From positions 2,146,607 to 2,210,606 of the forward strand of contig OZ271833.1 of assembly GCA_965601665.1 (NCBI GenBank): 64,000 bases of DNA, written 5' to 3'. The position numbers and the translations under genes were made by a program. The notes beneath the pieces were generated by a model. The model saw only the letters and a list, made by a program, of their open reading frames with translations, searched no databases and had not been told where the DNA came from. The stretch is from Gammaproteobacteria bacterium. GTDB lineage: Bacteria > Pseudomonadota > Gammaproteobacteria > Eutrophobiales > Eutrophobiaceae. The first letter of the stretch is position 1. Every line of letters starts with the position of its first letter. Below, piece by piece: positions 49,093 to 58,898 of this stretch.

Positions 49093-49982
49093 TGTCTCAT
49101 CCGGAAACCCGAAACACCTTGTTCGTTGAACAGGCCGAAGTCGTACTGCACGATGCTTACCCTGAGCGCCAGTATCATATGCAACTGCGCGCACCGGAAA
49201 CGGCCCAGCGGGCCAAGGCAGGGCAGTTCGTACACATGCAGTGTCATCCAGGTCTGTTAATGCGGCGCCCGATGTCTATCATGCGTGCGAATGCCGAACA
49301 GCAAACCATCGATATTCTGTACAAGGTTCATGGTCAGGGCACCGATCTGTTGTCGACACGCACGCAGGGGGAAACGATTGATCTGATCGGACCGATTGGC
49401 CAACCCTTCAAGCTGGATGGATACAAACAGAGGCCTTTGTTGATTGGTGGAGGTGTCGGGATCCCGCCCATGGTGTTTTTGGCCGAGCATTTGAAACGAA
49501 CGCAACAACAGCTAAGCCCGTTGGTCATCATGGGCTCTGAGATTCCATTTCCATTTACAACGCGACCGTCGCAAATCATGCTGCCGGAACTCCCGGCTGA
49601 CGTGATTGCCTGCATGCCATTACTGGAGGACTGGGGGATCCCAACGCGGTTGACCAGCATGCAAAACTACCCGGGCTGCTTTCACGGATATGTGACTGAC
49701 CTGGCCCGCCACTGGCTTGACAATCTTGATGACAACCAGCGTAGTGAAGTTGAAATATTTACCTGCGGGCCGACACCCATGTTGAAAGCGGTAAGTCAGC
49801 TTGCCGGAGAATATAACCTGCCATGTCAGGTATCACTTGAAGAATACATGGCCTGTGCCGTGGGTGGCTGTGCAGGTTGTACAGTACTGGTTGATACTGA
49901 TAAAGGTCCGGCAATGAAACGCGTCTGTGTGGACGGGCCGGTGTTTGAATCCTCACACGTCAAGATGTTCCAGGAGTCATGA
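49092..49982 (+). CDS. PyrK-like FAD/NAD-binding oxidoreductase with a C-terminal [2Fe-2S] Cys cluster
   Basis: Ferredoxin-reductase-type FAD/NAD module plus CAVGGCAGC...C near the C-terminus. Confidence 0.65.
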   Translation: MSHPETRNTLFVEQAEVVLHDAYPERQYHMQLRAPETAQRAKAGQFVHMQCHPGLLMRRPMSIMRANAEQQTIDILYKVHGQGTDLLSTRTQGETIDLIGPIGQPFKLDGYKQRPLLIGGGVGIPPMVFLAEHLKRTQQQLSPLVIMGSEIPFPFTTRPSQIMLPELPADVIACMPLLEDWGIPTRLTSMQNYPGCFHGYVTDLARHWLDNLDDNQRSEVEIFTCGPTPMLKAVSQLAGEYNLPCQVSLEEYMACAVGGCAGCTVLVDTDKGPAMKRVCVDGPVFESSHVKMFQES

Positions 49983-50725
49983 CAGGCAATTCACGCCCTG
50001 TTCTAAGCTCACAAGCAGGCATATCTGGTCAACTGGAACAGCTGGTTAAAAAACATCTAGGCTCAAGCTTCGATAAACCGTATAGACACTTTAGTGAGGC
50101 TCTTTTTGAGCAGTTACGACAGGTTGTCGACAGGGTAAACCTGCCAATTATACTGGATGCGGGTTGCGGCAACGGTGACAGCAGTGCGCAGCTGGCAAAA
50201 GATTATCCTGATAACCTTGTTGTCGGCATTGATAAATCCCAATATCGGCTGAGCAAGTATCTTAATGGTGAAACGTTTTATCATAACAAGAATCTGTTTC
50301 TCGCCAGGGGTGATCTCGTTGATACTTGGCGCTACATCGCTGAATCCGGCTGGCGAGTAGACAAACAATATATTCTCTATCCAAACCCATGGCCCAAGGC
50401 AAACCAGGTCAAGCGACGCTGGCATGGGCACCCGGTGTTTGCGACGCTGGTGAACATGGCGCTACAGTTGGAGTTAAGGACAAACTGGAAAGTCTACGCC
50501 GACGAATTTCTTTTTGCCCTGCACTTGCTCAACAGGCAAGCAACGATAGAAACAGTATCACCGGCAGCGGCCATCAGCCCTTTCGAGCAGAAATACATGC
50601 AAAGCGAACATGTGCTATACCGTGTGACTACGCCGGTAAACGCAGTTCGTAAGTCAGGCCATCTGCGCTCTTCCCCGTACGGCCACGCTGCGACGAGAAG
50701 TAGAGCCGACTGCCATCGGGACTAA
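49979..50725 (+). CDS. SAM-dependent methyltransferase of the TrmB (tRNA m7G46) family
   Basis: SAM motif ILDAGCGNGD plus a YPNPWPKANQVKRRW box resembling the TrmB FPDPWHKARHNKRR motif. The 3' end overlaps the convergent gene by 98 nt. Confidence 0.55.
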   Translation: MTGNSRPVLSSQAGISGQLEQLVKKHLGSSFDKPYRHFSEALFEQLRQVVDRVNLPIILDAGCGNGDSSAQLAKDYPDNLVVGIDKSQYRLSKYLNGETFYHNKNLFLARGDLVDTWRYIAESGWRVDKQYILYPNPWPKANQVKRRWHGHPVFATLVNMALQLELRTNWKVYADEFLFALHLLNRQATIETVSPAAAISPFEQKYMQSEHVLYRVTTPVNAVRKSGHLRSSPYGHAATRSRADCHRD

Positions 50726-51752
50726 ACGCGGGCCCGGTAATTTCCGACAGGTCCTGGCCGTATATCTGAAGAAATACGTAGGGCGTGTATTGTTTATCAA
50801 GACCAATAATTTGCATGTTACCGCCATCTTCGGCGATCAATAATTCACCTGATGCCGACACCTCAATGTTATCAACGCCGGTCAATAGTGGCTGCGGGTA
50901 AGCAGACGCGGAGTAAATCCGGTTAATTGCACCGGTTGCAATCTGATAACACCAGACCGAGTTATCCAGCTTGGTGGTAAAGTAAATACTGCCCCTGTCA
51001 TAAACGATGCCTTCACCACCCATAAATCGGGCCGCGTCTTTGACCTGGTAACGAACCGGCAGGGTCTTTCCCGCGGGATCGGGTATCGGGACCCAGGTTA
51101 AGACCTGCCTATTGGTAACAGCAACCTCGAGTTTTCCACTTGCCAGGTTAGCTTGAACGTCAGGTATAAAGCGATACAGACAACCGTCCCTGACATCTTC
51201 CGTCATGTAGCAAACAGATGAGCCGGGATCGATAGCAACCGCCTCGTGATTAAACAGACCCATCATCGGACGCGCTACTGCCTCACGCTCGCCCAGCGGA
51301 TCGCATTCAAACACGCGCCCGTCATCGCCGTTTTCTTCACAGGAAAGCCAGGTCTGCCACGGCGTTTTACCGCCCGCACAGTTTCGCGATGTTCCGCGCA
51401 GGATGGAATAGGCGTCTATGGTTTCACCAGCAGCATTAAACCGTATTGCACCGACACCGCCCTGACCGTGCTCTAGTTCACTGTTGGAGACGTATATCCA
51501 GCCACCATCTGTGGTTGCAAAACAGGCGCCACCATCCGGGGCACCATGCCAGTTGTAGCTTGAAGAAGTCAGCACCGGTTTACTGCTTGCGGCGACCAGG
51601 CGCAGCTGGCAATCCGGCGGCAGCGCAACATTGTTTACTGTATCCAGAACCAGGGGCTTGTTGAAGGGTTTGGCTATCGTGCGCGGGGCAAGGGCAAGAC
51701 CGACCATGCCATACAATAAATTACCCAGGAGTTGTCTACGTGATAACTTCAT
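50628..51752 (-). CDS. Tat-exported PhoX-family (DUF839) beta-propeller protein, short form
   Basis: Twin-arginine signal MKLSRRQLLG and the PhoX-like motif GTSRNCAGGKTPWQTWLSCEEN. Confidence 0.55.
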   Translation of the reverse strand: MKLSRRQLLGNLLYGMVGLALAPRTIAKPFNKPLVLDTVNNVALPPDCQLRLVAASSKPVLTSSSYNWHGAPDGGACFATTDGGWIYVSNSELEHGQGGVGAIRFNAAGETIDAYSILRGTSRNCAGGKTPWQTWLSCEENGDDGRVFECDPLGEREAVARPMMGLFNHEAVAIDPGSSVCYMTEDVRDGCLYRFIPDVQANLASGKLEVAVTNRQVLTWVPIPDPAGKTLPVRYQVKDAARFMGGEGIVYDRGSIYFTTKLDNSVWCYQIATGAINRIYSASAYPQPLLTGVDNIEVSASGELLIAEDGGNMQIIGLDKQYTPYVFLQIYGQDLSEITGPAFSPDGSRLYFSSQRGRTGKSADGLTYELRLPA

Positions 51753-51785
51753 GGCAAACCAAAACCGAATGCAGTTACGGCTATT

Positions 51786-52199
51786 TTATGCCGGAAATGT
51801 TGCAGCGTATTTACTAATCCATTCCTGCGCGGCCTGTTCACTGGAAAGTGCGCGGCCCTCTGTGCGCTCAACCTCGTTACGATAATGCTCAATGTGGCAG
51901 AGTTGTTCAACCATGCGTAACAGAAACATATTTTGTTTACTGGTCAGAAATTCGACACCCACTTCGTAAGCCGTTTCATTTTGCCGACACCAGACAACCT
52001 GGCCCGTCATTTCAAAATCAGGGTCTACGCATTCTACCCGGATAGTTACGCTGGCCCCTAGCTCGACCGGGTGCGCGCTAATACAGGAAATACCGCCAAT
52101 ACTGACATTGTTGAGTGTACACAGGCCTATTTCAGGATCACCATCCAGCTCTTTTACCTGTATCGGAACGGATGCCGGGTGTCGTATAAACTCGCGCAT
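51786..52199 (-). CDS. Stand-alone PilZ domain c-di-GMP-binding protein
   Basis: RxxxR motif (REFIRHP) and the N/DxSxGG motif (NVSIGGIS). 137 aa. Confidence 0.75.
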   Translation of the reverse strand: MREFIRHPASVPIQVKELDGDPEIGLCTLNNVSIGGISCISAHPVELGASVTIRVECVDPDFEMTGQVVWCRQNETAYEVGVEFLTSKQNMFLLRMVEQLCHIEHYRNEVERTEGRALSSEQAAQEWISKYAATFPA

Positions 52200-52255
52200 C
52201 TTTTCAGTCTAGTCTGTTTGCGGCAAACCCACTATGAAAAAACAGGTTATGACAG

Positions 52256-54310
52256 TCACAGAAACAAGTATCGAACCGATAAACCGGCATAAATATTCAA
52301 CTCAGGCGCTGGTTCGAAGTAGCGGCTGCCAAACGCGTTTATCCTGACGTTGCCAATATATTCTTCATCAAAAAGATTATTAATACCGAAATAAGGTGTC
52401 AGTTCGACCCCGTCGATAACACCACTATAACCAAGTCGCAAGTTGGAAACACCGTACGGCCTGTTCTGTGCCGTGTTGTCATTATTAACAAAAAAATTGC
52501 TGACGTATTGAAAATCCATACTGGAAAAGAAGCCCGAAGGATGGGTGTAAGACCATTCGGTATAAAAGTTATGATCTGGCAAACCAGGTAACCTGTTGCC
52601 ATCACAACTGGCTACCCCGCACTCTGAGCCCGGAAAACTGTCAAAAGTAAAATCGTTATAAGTGTAGGACATCAAGATACTCAAGCCGGAAACCGGTATG
52701 AAAGAAGCTGTTGCCTCAACGCCTTTCCGGGTTGTGTCAGCATTGGCAAAAGCCGTACGCCCGTCAACATTAATCGTGTTGATGATCTCGTCATCAACAT
52801 CGATGTGGAACAAGGAAAGCTGATAATTTAATCGCGAAGTCGGTGATCCTTTTATGCCAACTTCATAGTTCAGCGCTTTCTGTGCGGAGATATCGGTAAA
52901 ACCACCTGGTGCGACGCCGGTTAACTCGGTAAAGGTTGGTGTTTCGAATACGCTGGAAACGTTAACAAAAGCATTCATTGCCGGGTTAACTTTCCATAAC
53001 AGACCGCCCATAGGGCTGACTTCTTCAAAATTCAATTCCGCTGAATCATCCCCATTGCCAAGAAACTGGTCCTCAACCTCCAGATCTACCTTGTCATAGC
53101 GGATACCGAGTGACAGTTCCAGGCGCTTTGTCAGGTCGGTTTCATTGCGGAAATAAATACCAATTGAATCGCCTTTTTCAAGCTGGTCCAATGCCAGCGC
53201 GCCCTGCGTACCGTTATTATTGGCATAGCGCTGCCTGTCATCTTCCTGCGTATCGATATCAAAACCAATCGTGGTGCGGTTGCTTAACCCAAAGATTTGG
53301 CTCCCAATATTGTACTGAGCACCACCACCAAACTGAAAACGGTCGAACTCTACCCAGCCATTTGGTGGTAAAGGCAACAGGCCCTGAAAGTTTCTTTGTA
53401 GATAATAGTTTCTTAATATCAGTTCCTGGTCAGGTGTAATCTGGCGACGATATGTCAGCCCGAGTTTCTGTTGATCGATATCTTCATTCGAATTCAGGTC
53501 AAGATTTCTATCCCTGGCCTGTCGGCGGTTATCTTCAACACTTGCCTGATCAAGGCCGCCCGGATCCTGCGCCACAGGTGCATCAAAGGCTGTCACTACA
53601 GCAGTAAAATCAGACTTGTTATCGATATCATAAATAAATTTTGAATTGAACTTGGTATTTCTGACGCGGCTGTGCTCGCGATACCCGGAGGTATCGAGAT
53701 GAGATAAATTAAAGAAATAGTTGAGCTTGCCGAGTTCGCCACCGGTCTTGATGTTTCCAATATGAGTCTGGTATTCACCAAGGCTATAGTTGGACTCTAT
53801 ATAAGGAGCAATATAATCACTATTGCCGGTAAAGAAATTCAGGACGCCACCGGAAGAACTGCCATATAAAGATGAAGCAGGTCCCTTCAACACCTCGATA
53901 CGTGTAATTGAATTAAGATCGATATCTTCAATTCCCCCCTGACCATCTACGGTAGTAAGAGGTATACCATCCTGGTATAGCTTTATTCCACGTGTACCGA
54001 AGTTAGCACGCGCACCAAAACCACGGATAGATATTTTCAAACTCTGGGCAAAATTATAGCGGTTTTGTAAAAACAGGCCGGGCAGTTGCACCAGTGTTTC
54101 ATCTATACCCAGTCTTTGTTTACCATTCGTGATATCAACACTATCGACCACGCCAACCGACGCGGGAACGCCGTACAGTGATTTATCAACGCGGGTGGCT
54201 GTGACGGTAATATCTTCCAGGGTCTGTACCTGTGTATCCGCCTTTGCAGGGGGGATTGAAAAGACACTGACAGCAGTTAGAAATAGAATGCTGCGCATAT
54301 TGTTAGACAT
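52256..54310 (-). CDS. TonB-dependent outer-membrane receptor
   Basis: Signal peptide, TonB-box-like DITVTATR, plug and 22-strand barrel, and an aromatic C-terminus. 684 aa. Confidence 0.85.
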   Translation of the reverse strand: MSNNMRSILFLTAVSVFSIPPAKADTQVQTLEDITVTATRVDKSLYGVPASVGVVDSVDITNGKQRLGIDETLVQLPGLFLQNRYNFAQSLKISIRGFGARANFGTRGIKLYQDGIPLTTVDGQGGIEDIDLNSITRIEVLKGPASSLYGSSSGGVLNFFTGNSDYIAPYIESNYSLGEYQTHIGNIKTGGELGKLNYFFNLSHLDTSGYREHSRVRNTKFNSKFIYDIDNKSDFTAVVTAFDAPVAQDPGGLDQASVEDNRRQARDRNLDLNSNEDIDQQKLGLTYRRQITPDQELILRNYYLQRNFQGLLPLPPNGWVEFDRFQFGGGAQYNIGSQIFGLSNRTTIGFDIDTQEDDRQRYANNNGTQGALALDQLEKGDSIGIYFRNETDLTKRLELSLGIRYDKVDLEVEDQFLGNGDDSAELNFEEVSPMGGLLWKVNPAMNAFVNVSSVFETPTFTELTGVAPGGFTDISAQKALNYEVGIKGSPTSRLNYQLSLFHIDVDDEIINTINVDGRTAFANADTTRKGVEATASFIPVSGLSILMSYTYNDFTFDSFPGSECGVASCDGNRLPGLPDHNFYTEWSYTHPSGFFSSMDFQYVSNFFVNNDNTAQNRPYGVSNLRLGYSGVIDGVELTPYFGINNLFDEEYIGNVRINAFGSRYFEPAPELNIYAGLSVRYLFL

Positions 54311-54523
54311 ATCGCTCCTCTCATTCTTCTTTACGCTGTTTTATATTTATCAATGAGTTAACAGCAATATTTATACCGCATCACCAGTTATTGGCCGGGT
54401 GCAGATTTTATTTTTTGAAACAACAGTTTAGTTTAAAGCGCGGGGACGGTTATTTACAACAGGAGGCACTCATATCCAAATAGCTGCACGTTATGAACCA
54501 GTGCAGCTATTTCCGGTAAGACT

Positions 54524-55579
54524 TTAGCCAAAGTTGATCTTGGCTTCGAGGTTGGTCCTTGAGTCGGCGTTACTCAAGGCTTCCTCAAGTTCGATACGTT
54601 CTTCCTTGTAGAGGTTATACAGCGCCATATCGAAGGTTTGCATCCCTGCCTGACCACTCTCGGACATGGCAACCTTGATTTCATCAATGTCGCCTTTCAA
54701 AATCAGTTCGGCAATGTGCGGCGTGTTGATCATTATCTCAATTGCCGCACAACGACGACCATCAACAGCCATGACCAGACGCTGCGAGATCACCGCACGC
54801 AGGTTTAATGACAGGTCCATGAATAATTGTTTATGCATGTCCTGCGGGAACATGTTGATAACGCGTTCCATTGCCTGGTTAGCGTTGTTCGCATGCAGTG
54901 TAGATATAGCAAGGTGGCCGGTGTTACTCAGCTCCAGCGCTGCTTCCATCGTGATACGGTCACGAATCTCACCAATAAGAATGACATCCGGTGCTTCACG
55001 CAAGGATGCCTTCAATGCATTCGCATACGACATGGTATCAACGCCGACCTCACGCTGATTGACGATTGATTTCTTGTTTGGATGACTGAACTCAACCGGG
55101 TCCTCGATGGTAAGGATATGACCGGACATGCGTTCATTGCGATGGTTTATCATTGCGGCCAGGGTTGTAGATTTACCGGAACCGGTCGCGCCCACCATGA
55201 GGATTAAACCACGCTTGTGCAGGATCAAGTCACTAAGAATCTCAGGCAGGCCAAGCTGATCTACTGTTGGAATAACATTTGGGATCTGGCGCAATACCAT
55301 GCCGACTTCACCACGCTGTCGGAAGACATTGACACGGAAACGCGCCATTTTCTCAAGCGAGATCGCAAAATCGCATTCCATGGTGTCTTCAAAATGCTTG
55401 ATCTGGTGATCGTTCATAATGCCATACGCGGCGGCCTTGGTTAGCTCGCCGGTTAATACGGTCTTGCCCACCGGGTTTTGGTTACCCTCAATCTTTACTT
55501 TTACCGGGGAATTGACGGTGAAAAAGACGTCGGAGGCGCCCTTGTCAACCATTAACTTCAAGTAAGGTGTGATATCCAT
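54524..55579 (-). CDS. Type IV pilus retraction ATPase paralog (PilU-like, third PilT-family gene in tandem)
   Basis: Walker A GATGSGKSTT, Asp box, His box. Lacks the AIRNLIRE signature (has HIAELILKG). Confidence 0.8.
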   Translation of the reverse strand: MDITPYLKLMVDKGASDVFFTVNSPVKVKIEGNQNPVGKTVLTGELTKAAAYGIMNDHQIKHFEDTMECDFAISLEKMARFRVNVFRQRGEVGMVLRQIPNVIPTVDQLGLPEILSDLILHKRGLILMVGATGSGKSTTLAAMINHRNERMSGHILTIEDPVEFSHPNKKSIVNQREVGVDTMSYANALKASLREAPDVILIGEIRDRITMEAALELSNTGHLAISTLHANNANQAMERVINMFPQDMHKQLFMDLSLNLRAVISQRLVMAVDGRRCAAIEIMINTPHIAELILKGDIDEIKVAMSESGQAGMQTFDMALYNLYKEERIELEEALSNADSRTNLEAKINFG

Positions 55580-55614
55580 TGCTTTGCTCTGCTTGCTTCA
55601 GTCCACCGCCGTTG

Positions 55615-56781
55615 TTAACGCATCAGGCCTTTTTCTTCATCGGTCTCATCAAGAGTCAGGTGGTCAAGTCCTTCGAGCTTGTCCTTGCCCTTTGAGTCTT
55701 TGCCTTCCAGTTTAATGCGTAGACGCAGTTCGTTCATTGAATCCGCAGATCGTAGCGCATCTTCATAGGAAATCCTGTCCGCCTCGTACAGATCAAACAA
55801 CGCCTGGTCAAACGTCTTCATGCCAAGCTCGTTTGACTTCGCCATGATGGCCTTGATCTCATGTACCTCGCCTTTCAGGATCAGATCCGCGATCAACGGT
55901 GAATTCAACAGGATTTCAATCGCGGCCACACGGCCCTTGCCGTCCGGTGTCTTTAACAAACGCTGCGAGATAACCCCTTTCAGGTTCAGGGACAAGTCCA
56001 TCAACAACTGTTGCTTACGCTCTTCCGGGAAGAAGTTGATGATTCGATCCAGTGCCTGGTTGGAACTGTTTGCGTGCAGTGTGGCCATGGCAAGGTGACC
56101 GGTTTCAGCAAAGGCGATACCGAACTCCATGGTTTCACGGTCACGAATCTCACCCAGCAGGATCACATCGGGCGCCTGGCGCAGCGTGTTTTTCAGCGCG
56201 ATATCCCAGTCATCGGTATCAACACCCACTTCGCGCTGCATGATGACGCAGTTCTTGTGTGGGTGGACGTATTCAATCGGGTCTTCGATGGTAATGATGT
56301 GGCCATAGCTGTTGCGGTTGCGATAATCGATCATAGCAGCCAGCGATGTCGATTTACCGGAGCCGGTACCACCGACCATGATAACAAGGCCGTTCTTGGT
56401 CATGACCACGTCTTTCATTACTTCCGGCAGGCCAAGTTTTTCTATTGTTGGCACCTCGGTTTCAATCACGCGCAATACCATGCCACAGTAGGTTTGCTGC
56501 ACGAAGGCGTTGGCGCGGAAACGGCCAATGCCAGCCGGCGCCACAGCAAAGTTACATTCCTTGGTTGCCTCGAACTCCTTCAATTGCTTGTCGTTCATGA
56601 TGGCATACGTCAACGCCTTGGTATTCTCGGCGCTAAGCTCGGTCTTGGATACCGGCGTGACCTTGCCGTGCACCTTGATCGCGGGTGGAAAGCCAACAGT
56701 AATAAACAAATCTGACCCCTTCTTCTCAATCATGAGCTTGAGGAGGTCACGCATAAATTTTATCGCCTGTTCTCTTTCCAT
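55615..56781 (-). CDS. pilU: Type IV pilus ATPase PilU
   Basis: 388 aa with an extended acidic C-terminus. Walker A GGTGSGKSTS, and no AIRNLIRE motif. Confidence 0.85.
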   Translation of the reverse strand: MEREQAIKFMRDLLKLMIEKKGSDLFITVGFPPAIKVHGKVTPVSKTELSAENTKALTYAIMNDKQLKEFEATKECNFAVAPAGIGRFRANAFVQQTYCGMVLRVIETEVPTIEKLGLPEVMKDVVMTKNGLVIMVGGTGSGKSTSLAAMIDYRNRNSYGHIITIEDPIEYVHPHKNCVIMQREVGVDTDDWDIALKNTLRQAPDVILLGEIRDRETMEFGIAFAETGHLAMATLHANSSNQALDRIINFFPEERKQQLLMDLSLNLKGVISQRLLKTPDGKGRVAAIEILLNSPLIADLILKGEVHEIKAIMAKSNELGMKTFDQALFDLYEADRISYEDALRSADSMNELRLRIKLEGKDSKGKDKLEGLDHLTLDETDEEKGLMR

Positions 56782-56958
56782 CTAACCTCTCCGATTACTT
56801 TTCCAGTTCTAGCTGCAATGGCTTTATAAAAATAGCAGTTTTTTCGCCAGTTCGAGAAAGCCGCGCACGCAAAACCGGAGTGTATGTATCAATACACGAG
56901 GATTTGAGTACGTGGCTGACGAAGTAATGGTGGAAAATATGCATTTTTAGAGAGTCAT

Positions 56959-57993
56959 TTAGAAGTTGTCCTTGTTCGCTGCTTTCGACATGGCTTCCTG
57001 TCGCGTAACGACATTCTTGGCAACCAGTTGTTGCAGGTTCTGATCCAGTGTCTGCATACCAAACTGCTGACCGGTCTGGATTGCCGAATACATCTGCGCA
57101 ATCTTGTTTTCGCGGATCAGGTTACGTATCGCCGGTGTACCGATCATGATCTCGTGCGCGGCAACACGGCCACCGCCCTGTTTCTTGAGTAGCGTTTGCG
57201 AAATAACGGCCCGGAGTGATTCTGACAACATCGCGCGTACCATGTCTTTTTCCTCGGCCGGGAAGACGTCAACCACGCGGTCGATAGTCTTGGCCGCGGA
57301 ACTGGTATGCAATGTACCGAACACAAGGTGACCGGTTTCCGCTGCAGACAGTGCCAGGCGAATCGTTTCAAGGTCACGCATTTCCCCCACGAGGATAACA
57401 TCCGGGTCTTCACGCAGGGCCGAGCGTAACGCCTCGTTAAAGCCCAGCGTGTCACGGTGGACCTCACGCTGGTTAATCAAACATTTCTTACTTTCATGCA
57501 CAAATTCAATCGGGTCTTCAACAGTCAGGATATGACCGTACTCGGTTTCATTCTTGTGGTTCACCATCGCTGCCAGCGTGGTGGACTTGCCCGAACCTGT
57601 CGGCCCGGTAACCAGTACCACGCCACGCGGGAAGTCAGCTATTTGTTCAAATATCTTGGGGGCATTTAATTGCTCAAGCGACAGAATCTCGGAAGGGATC
57701 GTTCTGAATACCGCACCGGCACCACGGTTCTGGTTGAAGGCGTTAACACGAAAGCGGGCAAGACCGGGGACCTCGAATGAAAAGTCGCACTCAAGAAACT
57801 CTTCAAAATCCTTGCGCTGTTTGTCATTCATAATGTCGTACACCATGTCATGTACGTCTTTATGATCCAGTGACGGCACATTGATACGTCTGACGTCACC
57901 ATCAACACGAATCATGGGTGGCAATCCCGCGGATAAATGCAAATCGGAACAGCCGTTTTTAACCCCGAATGCCAAAAGCTCACCAATGTCCAT
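56959..57993 (-). CDS. pilT: Twitching motility ATPase PilT
   Basis: 344 aa with Walker A GPTGSGKSTT and the canonical PilT signature AIRNLIRE. Confidence 0.9.
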   Translation of the reverse strand: MDIGELLAFGVKNGCSDLHLSAGLPPMIRVDGDVRRINVPSLDHKDVHDMVYDIMNDKQRKDFEEFLECDFSFEVPGLARFRVNAFNQNRGAGAVFRTIPSEILSLEQLNAPKIFEQIADFPRGVVLVTGPTGSGKSTTLAAMVNHKNETEYGHILTVEDPIEFVHESKKCLINQREVHRDTLGFNEALRSALREDPDVILVGEMRDLETIRLALSAAETGHLVFGTLHTSSAAKTIDRVVDVFPAEEKDMVRAMLSESLRAVISQTLLKKQGGGRVAAHEIMIGTPAIRNLIRENKIAQMYSAIQTGQQFGMQTLDQNLQQLVAKNVVTRQEAMSKAANKDNF

Positions 57994-58165
57994 TCAAACC
58001 CCCTATTCTGGTTTTGTCATAGATGACATTGCATTCTTATAAAATGAATTATTCGAGTGAAACTTGGCGAAACCCCAAAACCGTGAATTTGTTATTATTT
58101 CACCAGAACACGTCATTTATCTTACTGATATTTTAAATTATAGACTAGCTTATTAGCGTAAATTT

Positions 58166-58855
58166 ATGAATATTGCCAAGAATCTGGCCGCTATTAACGA
58201 GCAAATCAGGCAGACGGAAGAACAATTCCAGCGCCCTGAAAATTCAGTCCGACTTATTGCGGTTAGCAAGAAAAAACCGGCCAGCGATATAGTGGCAGCG
58301 GCGGCAGCCGGACAACGTGATTTCGGCGAGAATTATTGCCAGGAAGCCATAGACAAAATACAGCAAATTCACGATCCAGCGCTGACATGGCATTTTATTG
58401 GGCCAATACAGTCAAATAAAACTCGCCTTATTGCAGAACACTTCGACTGGGTGCATACGGTGGATCGCACCAAGGTGGCAAAACGATTACATGAAGCACG
58501 ACCGGCCGACAAACCGCCATTGAATATCTGCATCCAGATCAATATCAGTGGCGAAACAACCAAGTCAGGCATTCATGTCGAACAGGCGCCAGATTTTCTC
58601 AAGGCCATGCAGGAATTTCATCGACTCAGGGTGCGTGGTTTGATGGCCTTGCCAGCACCGACAGAAGGTCTTGAAAATCAACGCGCGGCTTTTGCCCGCT
58701 TACAGCAATGTCTGCATGCATTACAACAAATCGATCCGGAACTGGATACGCTATCGATGGGCACGACACAGGACATGCAGGCAGCCATTGCCGAGGGCGC
58801 GACGTTGGTACGCATTGGTACCGCTATCTTTGGTGCGCGCGATGCAAGCCAGTGA
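58166..58855 (+). CDS. yggS: YggS-family pyridoxal phosphate homeostasis protein
   Basis: LIAVSKKKP carries the PLP lysine. 229 aa, diverging from pilT as in many gammaproteobacteria. Confidence 0.85.
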   Translation: MNIAKNLAAINEQIRQTEEQFQRPENSVRLIAVSKKKPASDIVAAAAAGQRDFGENYCQEAIDKIQQIHDPALTWHFIGPIQSNKTRLIAEHFDWVHTVDRTKVAKRLHEARPADKPPLNICIQINISGETTKSGIHVEQAPDFLKAMQEFHRLRVRGLMALPAPTEGLENQRAAFARLQQCLHALQQIDPELDTLSMGTTQDMQAAIAEGATLVRIGTAIFGARDASQ

Positions 58856-58898
58856 GCATATTGCTAAACTGGTTTTAACTACATAAAGAGAGTTCTAC

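Noticed and set aside
54481-54509. 9-bp perfect inverted repeat TAGCTGCAC-N11-GTGCAGCTA after the third PilT-family gene
   Set aside because: Probably just the terminator of the pilT/pilU operon, with a weak T-tract. Not considered a separate regulatory feature.
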